From contig CAYZDR010000002.1 in the NCBI GenBank assembly GCA_964477425.1, forward strand, positions 1 to 33,596: a stretch of 33,596 nt of DNA. The letters run 5' to 3'. This document shows positions 24,385 to 31,832 of the stretch, one piece after another. The position numbers were made by a program, and so were the translations under genes. Position 1 is the stretch's first letter. Every line of letters starts with the position of its first letter. Below the pieces are notes generated by a model. The model made no database searches, was not told where the DNA came from, and saw only the letters and a list, made by a program, of their open reading frames with translations. This stretch comes from an uncultured Candidatus Saccharibacteria bacterium. Lineage in GTDB: Bacteria; Patescibacteriota; Minisyncoccia; CAYZDR01.

Positions 24385-25908
24385 CTAATCCCCTCTCTGC
24401 ATCCTCTCAATCTCATCTTTAATCACCATCATCGCCTTACAATCATCCTTATTGTAAATTAAAATCCTTTTCAAAACAGCAGGATCCTTTGTCTCTACAT
24501 ACCTATTATACCACTCAATTGAAGCAGCACCAGACGGATTTTCATCCTCCCATTGAAAACCCAAAAACTGGGCAATTGATTTAACAGAATAACTCGTTAA
24601 CGGCCAATCTGTTTCCTTGAGAATATGCTTTGTATACAGATCAACAGTATTTGGATTATCAAAAAAATCATTAACATCTTTCATAGATACAACATCTGGA
24701 TATCTTTTTTGAAGACGCCTATAAACAGACTTTTCATGAGGAGAATAATAATAAACAGAAAAATCATTCTTTGGAAGAGAATTTATATAATCCCAAAAAT
24801 CGCTCCATGCTTTTTTCTCTGATTCTCTTGTATTCTCTTTAGCCGTAAAATCAATAAATTTTTCCTCCCCACCCTTTCTCTGATAAACTCCGTGTAAATA
24901 CACAAATTCTTGAGTTGGATCATCTTCAATATCAAAAAACAATTCATAACTTGTTTTTGGGAAAACGATTTGATTGTAAAAAACTGGTTTTTTTGTTTGA
25001 TAAAATATTTTAGCACGCTTGATTGCTTTTAATAAACTATTTTCCCCTACCCTGTAAAGAAATTCTTTATTCCCCATCTGAATTTCTTTTTTCTTCTGCT
25101 CCATTATTTCATCCACATCCATATTCAAAAAATCATCAATATCGTCAATAAAAAGATCTTCGTTTATTCTATCTCTAATACTTCTCCCAAAACAAAAAAT
25201 ATTAGTTAGATCTTTTGTTTCTTGACACCACTTTTTACAACTCGCATGCCATGGACAAATTTTACAAGTACCTAACAAAGCAGGTTTATTTTTGTTTTTC
25301 CCAGCTATTAACAATTCAACATTTCCTTTAGTCGTCCTGTAAAATTCCCACCATGTTCTCTTGTCTCTCAACCCCATTTGAGAATTTAGATCATACACCA
25401 CTTTATCTGTATTAACATCAATTATCGTCCCTGTATCGTGTGTAGCAAATTCAAGTTTTTTTAATAATTCATTGTATAGACAAAGTTGGACAGCATAATG
25501 TTTTTTTGGCTTTCCTTCTTCCCCAAGCTCTTCATCAGCACTATCAAATCCCATCCCAGACTTAATATCAATTGGCATATAACTGCCATTGGGTAATTTT
25601 TTCAGGAGATCCGGAATACCCAAAACATTGTCATATTTAAGTACACCTTGATAAATCAAAGGTGCTTTATCTTTCATTGCTTGAATTGTTTTTTCAAAGC
25701 GTTCGTCTAATGTACCTTTTTCTAAATCTACAAAATCTCCCAGTTTGGAAACAACATCTTTTTCATGTTTAACACCTTTTTTCCATAAAAGCTGAATAAA
25801 ATCATTTGGTTCTTGTGATTTTTCTTCTTGTGGTCCATAAACATCCCGCCAAACTTTGTGAGGACATTTTATATAATCATAAAGTTTTGATGCTGTTATA
25901 TATTGCAT
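24385..25908 (-). CDS. RecB-family nuclease, TM0106 type (Cas4-like PD-(D/E)XK + 4Cys cluster, C-terminal RNase H-like YprB-type domain)
   Basis: 507-aa ORF. ..ITASKLYDYIKCPHK.., ..GIPDLL...YMPIDIKSG.. (D..D-x-K), then C-x2-C-x5-C (TCKICPWHASC). C-terminal half has ..LFFDIEDDP.., ..YYYSPHEK.. and ..YNKDDC... Confidence 0.78.
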   Translation of the reverse strand: MQYITASKLYDYIKCPHKVWRDVYGPQEEKSQEPNDFIQLLWKKGVKHEKDVVSKLGDFVDLEKGTLDERFEKTIQAMKDKAPLIYQGVLKYDNVLGIPDLLKKLPNGSYMPIDIKSGMGFDSADEELGEEGKPKKHYAVQLCLYNELLKKLEFATHDTGTIIDVNTDKVVYDLNSQMGLRDKRTWWEFYRTTKGNVELLIAGKNKNKPALLGTCKICPWHASCKKWCQETKDLTNIFCFGRSIRDRINEDLFIDDIDDFLNMDVDEIMEQKKKEIQMGNKEFLYRVGENSLLKAIKRAKIFYQTKKPVFYNQIVFPKTSYELFFDIEDDPTQEFVYLHGVYQRKGGEEKFIDFTAKENTRESEKKAWSDFWDYINSLPKNDFSVYYYSPHEKSVYRRLQKRYPDVVSMKDVNDFFDNPNTVDLYTKHILKETDWPLTSYSVKSIAQFLGFQWEDENPSGAASIEWYNRYVETKDPAVLKRILIYNKDDCKAMMVIKDEIERMQRGD

Positions 25909-25947
25909 ATTTATTTACAAAATCTCCGAGATACCTCCGAGATTTTC

Positions 25948-25989
25948 GTTATATGTTATAAGTTATGCGTTACAAGTTACACGTTATAC
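25948..25989. repeat. Heptamer array GTTATAT GTTATAA GTTATGC GTTACAA GTTACAC GTTATAC
   Basis: 6 x 7-mer (GTTAYNN). The last unit contains the GT4 stop codon (25984-25986). Preceded by an 8-bp A/T-rich hairpin AAAATCTC...GAGATTTT at 25919..25946. Confidence 0.7.
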
Positions 25990-27144
25990 GGTAATTATTT
26001 TATCATAAACATCCAATGTCTCCCTTGCACACTTCTCCCATGAAAACTCTCCTGCCCTATTACAGCTCTTTTCACACTGACTTTTTATATCATATTTATT
26101 TAATGAAAATTTTAACATTTTATCCACGATACTATTAACATCATAAGGGTTCACAAACTCTGCCGCATCTCCAGCAACTTCTTTTAGAGAATCTATATCT
26201 GAGGCAATAATTGGAAGGCAACACGCCATCGCCTCAACAACAGGAGAACCAAACCCTTCATAAAGAGGTATAAAAATGAAAGCACACGACGCCTGAAAAA
26301 GTGGAGCCATATCTTCAGGAGGAATGTACCCTGTAAATATCACATCTTTCTCAATTCCCAAATCAATCGCCATACTTCTAATTTCATCTGCCATCCAACC
26401 ATCTTTCCCCGCAATTGCCAGCTGACACGCCTCTGAACTTTGATCTTTGGCTTTCTTAAATGCCTCCATTAAACGTGGAATATTTTTTACTGGTTCAATT
26501 GTTCCCATATACAGTATGAACCGATCACTTAAATTATATTTTTTTCTAATCTCCTTAATTTTATCTTCATCTCTATAATTGCAGATACGCTCATCAATTC
26601 CTTCATGAACAACAGCGATTTTTTCTTCAGGAATTTCTAATAAAGCCATGGTATCTTTTTTCAAAGAATTAGAAGAAACTATCAAATTCAAATGATCAGA
26701 ATTTGCTTTCAGTACTTTAATAATTCTCTTGGCTCTTTTCTGAATTTCATCTGGATAAAGTTCAGGATATTTAGTACATCCCACTCCTCTTCCCGTAACG
26801 ATAATCTGACCAGAAAATTCAGGTGGGACAGCGGAGCTTAATCCGATGATGTGTAAAATATCCAAATGTTCTTGATTGAAAAATCCACCTAACATTATAT
26901 CCCTATACCGATTTGGCAAGAAACGTCTGTATTTATTGTATGGAAAAAATTTTACTGAAAAATTATCTTTCTTAAATTTATCAATATCTTTTTCCCTGAC
27001 CGTTGAATCCAGAAAAATTACATACTCATTTTTTTTATCAATTTTTTGTAGATGTCGCAACAAATGATAAGTGTAATGTCCTACACCTATGTTTCCCTTT
27101 TTTTCTGGGTTTAATATTGATCTTGCGTCAATTCCTATTTTCAT
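25984..27144 (-). CDS. Glycosyltransferase family 4 (GT-B, group 1)
   Basis: 386-aa ORF. The C-terminal ..[24 protein letters not shown].. is the E-x7-E region of GT4 enzymes. Confidence 0.85.
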   Translation of the reverse strand: MKIGIDARSILNPEKKGNIGVGHYTYHLLRHLQKIDKKNEYVIFLDSTVREKDIDKFKKDNFSVKFFPYNKYRRFLPNRYRDIMLGGFFNQEHLDILHIIGLSSAVPPEFSGQIIVTGRGVGCTKYPELYPDEIQKRAKRIIKVLKANSDHLNLIVSSNSLKKDTMALLEIPEEKIAVVHEGIDERICNYRDEDKIKEIRKKYNLSDRFILYMGTIEPVKNIPRLMEAFKKAKDQSSEACQLAIAGKDGWMADEIRSMAIDLGIEKDVIFTGYIPPEDMAPLFQASCAFIFIPLYEGFGSPVVEAMACCLPIIASDIDSLKEVAGDAAEFVNPYDVNSIVDKMLKFSLNKYDIKSQCEKSCNRAGEFSWEKCARETLDVYDKIITV

Positions 27145-27176
27145 AATTTATCCTTTATTATTTTAGAATTGATTGA

Positions 27177-28832
27177 TTACATTTTCTTAGGAGCGCTGAT
27201 TCCTAATAGCCGTAAACTTTCCTTTAGAACTATTTGCACAGCTGAAATTAATTGTAGTCGTGCTACCGTAGAATTCTTATCCTCACTAATTACTTTACAA
27301 TGCTCATAGAAATCATGGAAACTTTTAGCCAAGTCAATCGAGAAGTGTGCTAGAGAACTAACATTACAATTGGATGCAGAGTCTTCAATCACATCAGAAA
27401 ATGACACTAAACAACCTATCAAACGCATCTCAACTTCTGAATACTGATATGATGACCTTGTTTTTTCTTCACTTAGAATAATTCCCTTTTCCTCTGCCAT
27501 TTTTATTATGCTACAGATTCGTGCGAACGCATACTGAACATAAAAGACTGGATTCTTTTTTGACTTCTCTCTTGCAAGATCTAAATCAAAATCCATGTGA
27601 GAATTGACGGAATACATAAGAAAGAAAAATCGTGTAACATCAGCTCCGACGTCATCAACTAAATCCCTCAGTGTCAAAAATTCACCTGCTCGTTTGGAAA
27701 CTTTTCGTATTTGTCCACCTTCTATTAACCTTACTATTTGGACAAGAATGAAATCTACTTTAATCTTACACTTCAATGCTTTTATCATCGCCCCTATTCG
27801 TGGCATGTACCCATGGTGATCTGCCCCCATAACTTCAATGGCACGCTTAAACTTTCGCTTTTCTTTGTTTTTGAAATACGCAGCATCTGAAGCAAAATAG
27901 GTTTTCTCCCCATCCTTTTTTACCAACACTCTATCTTTATCATCTCCAAAATTAGTTGACCTAAACCATAACGCTCCATCTCTTTCATACAACATTCCAT
28001 CTTGATCTAACTGATCCAAAACTTTCTGAACTTCGTCTTTTCTTTGAAACCATGATTTATTATACAATTCGCTTTCATAAAACCATCTATCATATTTCAC
28101 ATTCACAAATTCTAAATCTTTCTTAATCATGTCCACCATACTCACAAGAGTGAACTCTTTTACTGCTTTTTTAACATCTTCCAACTCTTGAATATCTACC
28201 ATTTCTTCAATCACAAATTTCTTTGCCACATCAACTATATAGTCCCCCTGGTAACAATAGTCAGGAAAATCAATCTTTTTCCCTTTAAGCTCTAATGCTT
28301 TCCGCGCGACAGACTCAACTAAAATATCTATTTGTTTACCTGCATCATTAACATAATATTCTTTCTGAACATTAAACCCTGCCTTACTTAAAATGCTTCC
28401 TAACGTATCTCCAAAAAAAATCCCTCTACCATGAGCAATGGTGAGGGGACCCGTTGGATTGGCAGAACCAAATTCAAGTTGAACCTTTTGTTTTTTCCCT
28501 AACTTCAAATTTCCGTAATCAGATTTTTGATCAAGAACTTTCTTAATCTCGTTTCCTAAAAACTTTTCTGAAAACTTAAAATTAATAAATCCATTTTTCT
28601 GATCAATATTAGAAAAATTGTCAATAATCTTTTTATCTTTTTTAATTTCATCAATAATTTCATTGGCTATATCTTTTGCAGATTTCTGGGTAGTCCTTGC
28701 CAATCGCATAGCTACATTTGAAGAATAATTACCAAATAAACATTCTCTCGGACTTTCTATTTCCGTAGATATTTCAACTCCGAAAAGACTTTTGACAATC
28801 TTCTCGATTTTTTGTGATAAATAGGCTTTCAT
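27177..28832 (-). CDS. argS: Arginine--tRNA ligase
   Basis: 551-aa ORF. ..EFGSANPTGPLTIAHGRG.. (HIGH region), ..YVNDAGKQI.., and a C-terminal DALR anticodon-binding domain ending ..LGISAPKKM. Confidence 0.93.
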   Translation of the reverse strand: MKAYLSQKIEKIVKSLFGVEISTEIESPRECLFGNYSSNVAMRLARTTQKSAKDIANEIIDEIKKDKKIIDNFSNIDQKNGFINFKFSEKFLGNEIKKVLDQKSDYGNLKLGKKQKVQLEFGSANPTGPLTIAHGRGIFFGDTLGSILSKAGFNVQKEYYVNDAGKQIDILVESVARKALELKGKKIDFPDYCYQGDYIVDVAKKFVIEEMVDIQELEDVKKAVKEFTLVSMVDMIKKDLEFVNVKYDRWFYESELYNKSWFQRKDEVQKVLDQLDQDGMLYERDGALWFRSTNFGDDKDRVLVKKDGEKTYFASDAAYFKNKEKRKFKRAIEVMGADHHGYMPRIGAMIKALKCKIKVDFILVQIVRLIEGGQIRKVSKRAGEFLTLRDLVDDVGADVTRFFFLMYSVNSHMDFDLDLAREKSKKNPVFYVQYAFARICSIIKMAEEKGIILSEEKTRSSYQYSEVEMRLIGCLVSFSDVIEDSASNCNVSSLAHFSIDLAKSFHDFYEHCKVISEDKNSTVARLQLISAVQIVLKESLRLLGISAPKKM

Positions 28833-28927
28833 GTAATTCTCCTTCTATGCCTTAACATAAGACTTACGTGTCTGAGAAGTCTTTAATTTAATATATTATA
28901 TCATAGTTCAATCCTCTTTAGCAAGAC

Positions 28928-28956
28928 TTGTAGGACAAGGTACTTTATGTTAAAAT
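28928..28956 (+). promoter_or_regulatory. Candidate promoter TTGTAG-17-TAAAAT ending 6 nt before the smpB ATG
   Basis: + strand reads TTGTAG gacaaggtactttatgt TAAAAT atctct ATG. Same leaderless geometry as at 16356..16384 and 22337..22380. Confidence 0.45.
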
Positions 28957-28962
28957 ATCTCT

Positions 28963-29424
28963 ATGAATACAAAGGTTTTAGCGACAAATAAGCATGCTTC
29001 TTTTGATTATGAAATTCTTGAAAAAATAGAATCTGGTTTAATTTTAACTGGTCAAGAAGTAAAATCTGTTAAAGCAGGTCATATTAGCCTATCAGGAACA
29101 TATGTAACAGTCCATCATAATGAAGCATTTTTGACTAATTGCCTGATTTCTCCATATAAAAATGCTGGTCAATTACCTGCATATAACCCAGAGAGATCCA
29201 GGAAACTTCTTTTACATAAAACAGAGATTGCAAAACTAACAGGAGTTGCAAAACAAAAAGGCTTGACATTTATTCCCATTAAGGTGTATATTAAGCATGG
29301 TTGGATAAAACTTGAATTTGCCATAGCCAAAGGAAAAAAGAAATTTGACAAAAGACAATCAATCAAGAAAAGAGAAGATAGTATAAATATTGAGAGAGAG
29401 CTAAAGCAATTAAAAAGATTTTAA
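28963..29424 (+). CDS. smpB: SsrA-binding protein SmpB
   Basis: 153-aa ORF. ..NKHASFDYEILEK.E.G..L.G.EVKS...G..SL...YV.. and a basic C-terminal tail. tmRNA follows. Confidence 0.93.
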   Translation: MNTKVLATNKHASFDYEILEKIESGLILTGQEVKSVKAGHISLSGTYVTVHHNEAFLTNCLISPYKNAGQLPAYNPERSRKLLLHKTEIAKLTGVAKQKGLTFIPIKVYIKHGWIKLEFAIAKGKKKFDKRQSIKKREDSINIERELKQLKRF

Positions 29425-29445
29425 AATTTCGTCAATTACATTCGT

Positions 29446-29480
29446 CATTGATAATTGTTCATTGAACATTGATCATTGAA
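29446..29480 (+). repeat. H7 heptamer array (CATTGAT AATTGTT CATTGAA CATTGAT CATTGAA)
   Basis: Ends 3 nt before the tmRNA 5' end. Same orientation relative to the RNA gene as the array next to tRNA-Ser. Confidence 0.8.
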
Positions 29481-29483
29481 TAC

Positions 29484-29861
29484 GGGGATGACAAGTTTCG
29501 ATGGAAGTTCACTTTGAAAAATAGCAAGCCATGGAGAGCCCATGTAAAAAACATCACTCACCTAATAAGTGCAGTCAACAAGTTAAAGAGTCTAGTTGCT
29601 TCTGTAACTAGTCCTCTTGCTTTCGCTATCGCCTAACCGCGGTGGCCATCAAACCGCTCAAGCCTGATAGGCGGATCTTGGTGCTATACATCTGGCTATA
29701 ATTACAGTTCGCTTCCGCCTGTAATTGAATTCTTGGAAGCCTCGGTAAAAAGTTTTCTGACTATCTTTTATCTTTTTACTTAAAACATTAGATAGAATAA
29801 GCTTGTAGAATATTTTCTAAACAACTTCTAGACGTGGGTTCAATTCCCGCCATCTCCACCA
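29484..29861 (+). ncRNA. ssrA: tmRNA (SsrA), one-piece
   Basis: 5' GGGGATGACAAGTTTCGA.. pairs with 3' ..GACGTGGGTTCAATTCCCGCCATCTCC-A-CCA. This gives a tRNA-Ala-like acceptor with G3-U70 and a T-arm. An internal tag frame GCA GTC AAC ... GCT TTC GCT ATC GCC TAA lies at 29571..29636. Confidence 0.9.
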
Positions 29862-29881
29862 TTTCGTTATTCGTTATAAAT

Positions 29882-30421
29882 ATTAATATATTCGCCATCA
29901 GCAAATTTTATAGAACCAACAATAGAATAAGAGCCGGAAAAGTAAAGGTCATAGGAGCTGATGGAAAGTTTCTCGGTGATGCAATGGATTTATCGCAAGC
30001 TTTACAAATGGCTCAAGAGCAAGAATTAGATTTAGTAGAAATTGTTGCAAAAACAGATCCTCCTGTATGTAAGATCATGGACTTTGGAAAATTCAAGTAT
30101 GACAAAGAAAGAGATAGTAGAATCAGCAAGATCAAGCAACGAAAAACTGGAGAAATTAAAGGAGTACGGATAGGATTCAAGGAAGGTCAACATGATTTAG
30201 ACTTTAAGAGCAAATCCGCAATTAAATTTTTAGAAAAAGGGTACAAAGTTAAAATAGAGCTACGAGTGAAAGGGAGAGAAAAAGCACACTTTGATCTAGC
30301 GTATGAGCGATTAAATGACTTTGTTAAGAATATATCACAAACAGTTGAAGTTACTGTTGATGGTAGAATTCAGAAAAGTCCACGTGGACTAATAATAATT
30401 ATTCAATCAGAGAAAAAATAG
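29882..30421 (+). CDS. infC: Translation initiation factor IF-3 (non-AUG start; exact start uncertain)
   Basis: ..NNRIRAGKVKVIGADGKFLG......AL..A.E..LDLVE.....PPVCKIMDFGKFKY.. is IF-3. The only canonical in-frame start (GTG 29834) lies inside tmRNA. I place the start at ATT 29882; ATA 29876/29888 and ATC 29897 are alternatives. Confidence 0.8.
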   Translation: MNIFAISKFYRTNNRIRAGKVKVIGADGKFLGDAMDLSQALQMAQEQELDLVEIVAKTDPPVCKIMDFGKFKYDKERDSRISKIKQRKTGEIKGVRIGFKEGQHDLDFKSKSAIKFLEKGYKVKIELRVKGREKAHFDLAYERLNDFVKNISQTVEVTVDGRIQKSPRGLIIIIQSEKK

Positions 30422-30422
30422 T

Positions 30423-30623
30423 ATGGGAAAACTTAAGACTAACAAATCTATCTCAAAAAGAGTTAGAGTAACAAAGAATAAGAAGGTCATGGCAAAGGTA
30501 TGTGGACAGGCACACTTCAATGCAAAAGAACCTGGAAGCGTGAGAAGGACGAAACGTTCACCTCAATCTTTAAGATCTTCATGTATGCCAAAGAAAACAT
30601 GGCAGAAAATTATAAGCAAATAA
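30423..30623 (+). CDS. rpmI: 50S ribosomal protein L35
   Basis: 66-aa basic ORF starting MGKLKTNKSISKRVRVTKNKKV....G..H. Canonical infC-rpmI-rplT order. Confidence 0.9.
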   Translation: MGKLKTNKSISKRVRVTKNKKVMAKVCGQAHFNAKEPGSVRRTKRSPQSLRSSCMPKKTWQKIISK

Positions 30624-30635
30624 TCAACTACACAT

Positions 30636-30986
30636 ATGCCGCGAGTTAAAAGAGGCGTTCAAGCCCATAAAAGAAAGAAAAATGTCCTAAAGCAAGCCAA
30701 AGGTTATCAAGGACGTAGGAAAAGCACTATTAAAGCTGCTAAACAAGCTGTAACAAAAGCTGGTGTTTATTCATATCGTGACAGAAAGACTAAAAAGAGA
30801 AATTTTAGAAGACTTTGGCAAATCAGAATCAATGCCGCTGTTAGAGAAAGAGGTCTTACCTATTCAAGGTTTATTGAAGCGTTGAAGAAGAATGAGATTG
30901 AAATAGATAGGAAAGTTCTTGCTGATGTAGCATTAAACAACCCAAAAACTTTTGACAAAATCTTCGCCGAAGTTTCTAAAGCGTAA
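30636..30986 (+). CDS. rplT: 50S ribosomal protein L20
   Basis: 116-aa [32 protein letters not shown].....A.QAV.KA..Y.YRDRK.KKR.FR.LWI.RINAA. Confidence 0.93.
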   Translation: MPRVKRGVQAHKRKKNVLKQAKGYQGRRKSTIKAAKQAVTKAGVYSYRDRKTKKRNFRRLWQIRINAAVRERGLTYSRFIEALKKNEIEIDRKVLADVALNNPKTFDKIFAEVSKA

Positions 30987-31020
30987 TCTAAAAGTCAGAG
31001 AGTACAATATCATTAAAAAA

Positions 31021-31046
31021 CAGGGAAATTAATCCCTGTTTTTGTT
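31021..31046 (+). terminator. Intrinsic terminator of rplT
   Basis: CAGGGA-aattaa-TCCCTG followed by TTTTTGTT and preceded by A6. A diverged duplicate lies at 31771..31801. Confidence 0.7.
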
Positions 31047-31056
31047 ATTATTAACT

Positions 31057-31091
31057 AAACTCGTCAGCCTCATTTATGAGGCTTTAACTAT
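31057..31091 (+). repeat. REP-like hairpin repeat R1, copy 1
   Basis: AAACTCGTCAGCCTCATTTATGAGGCTTTAACTAT (stem AGCCTCA/TGAGGCT). Identical 35-mer at 31434..31468. Followed by a run of further small GC hairpins (GGGTTC..GAACCC, GCATGC..GCATGC). Confidence 0.75.
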
Positions 31092-31200
31092 GTATGGGTT
31101 CAAAATCTTGAACCCGCATGCGTTGCATGCCTAGGCGAACGTTCAACTAACTCTTATCTTTACTATTCAGCCCCAAATTTAAAATTCCTACTTACCTTAA

Positions 31201-31230
31201 CGTCCGCCTAGCCCTAAAAGATGCTAGGCT
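31201..31230. repeat. Inverted-repeat partner X (CGTCCGCCTAGCCCTAAAAGATGCTAGGCT)
   Basis: Its reverse complement closely matches 31470..31498 (AGCCTAGCCTCTTTTAGGGCTAGGCGGAC). The pair brackets the transposase remnant. Confidence 0.7.
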
Positions 31231-31285
31231 AATTAACAAAGCCCTATAAAATGGGGCTACGGTGATCAATAAAATTAACAGGTAA

Positions 31286-31429
31286 TTAACAACTTTCTAA
31301 AATATCAATTAAATTTCTATTGTCTTTATGATGTTGTTTTTGATTTTTAATATAATGTTTTACAAATGGTATGCCTTTTTCAAATAGACTTAATACTCCA
31401 AATCCGGATTGCCAATAAAATGATTTTTC
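31286..31429 (-). pseudogene. C-terminal remnant of a Y1 (IS200/IS605-like, RAYT-type) transposase
   Basis: Hand translation: EKSFYWQSGFGVLSLFEKGIPFVKHYIKNQKQHHKDNRNLIDILESC*. This matches the family end-block F.WQ.GYgaFSvs.....V..YI.NQ..HH. The catalytic N-terminal ~100 aa are absent. Confidence 0.55.
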
Positions 31430-31433
31430 ATTT

Positions 31434-31468
31434 AAACTCGTCAGCCTCATTTATGAGGCTTTAACTAT
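31434..31468 (+). repeat. REP-like hairpin repeat R1, copy 2
   Basis: Identical to 31057..31091. Confidence 0.75.
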
Positions 31469-31469
31469 T

Positions 31470-31498
31470 AGCCTAGCCTCTTTTAGGGCTAGGCGGAC
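31470..31498. repeat. Inverted-repeat partner X'
   Basis: See 31201..31230. Confidence 0.7.
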
Positions 31499-31705
31499 AG
31501 ACAATCTAGTACCCAATGTTACTATTTACTCTCAAATGTTAAACTCTGCCAATCTCAAAAGATCGGCTTCAATTAAATCTATCTTTGTTTTTATAAAATC
31601 TTTTCTGATCATAAATTTCCTTTAATATAAGCTCTTTTTTCATAATATATGGTTTATACTTAGTCTACTAATTATAAATATACTATCTATGGTTATGCCT
31701 GTCAA

Positions 31706-31753
31706 TTTATAGTACACTATAAGAATTTGTCAAATAGTTTATAGTATACTATA
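31706..31753 (-). promoter_or_regulatory. Promoter TTGACA-16-TATAAA (- strand) interleaved with two 14-bp palindromic operator-like sites
   Basis: TATAGTACACTATA (31708..31721) and the perfect palindrome TATAGTATACTATA (31740..31753) lie 32 bp apart centre to centre. The -35 (31728..31733) sits between them and the -10 (31706..31711) overlaps the first. Confidence 0.5.
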
Positions 31754-31770
31754 GATATAACTGAATCATT

Positions 31771-31794
31771 AAAAAACAGAGAAATTATTCCCTG
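31771..31794 (-). terminator. Intrinsic terminator of the fibre-like gene
   Basis: - strand reads CAGGGAA-taat-TTCTCTG (one G-U, valid only on the - strand), then TTTTTT. Confidence 0.6.
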
Positions 31795-31832
31795 TTTTTT
31801 TGTTTCTAACCTTAATAAAGACTATTAAATGA

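Noticed and set aside
29834-29881. GTG start of the track ORF for infC
   Set aside because: Codons 1-9 lie inside the tmRNA T-arm/acceptor (tmRNA ends at 29861). IF-3 homology begins near residue 25 of the track ORF.
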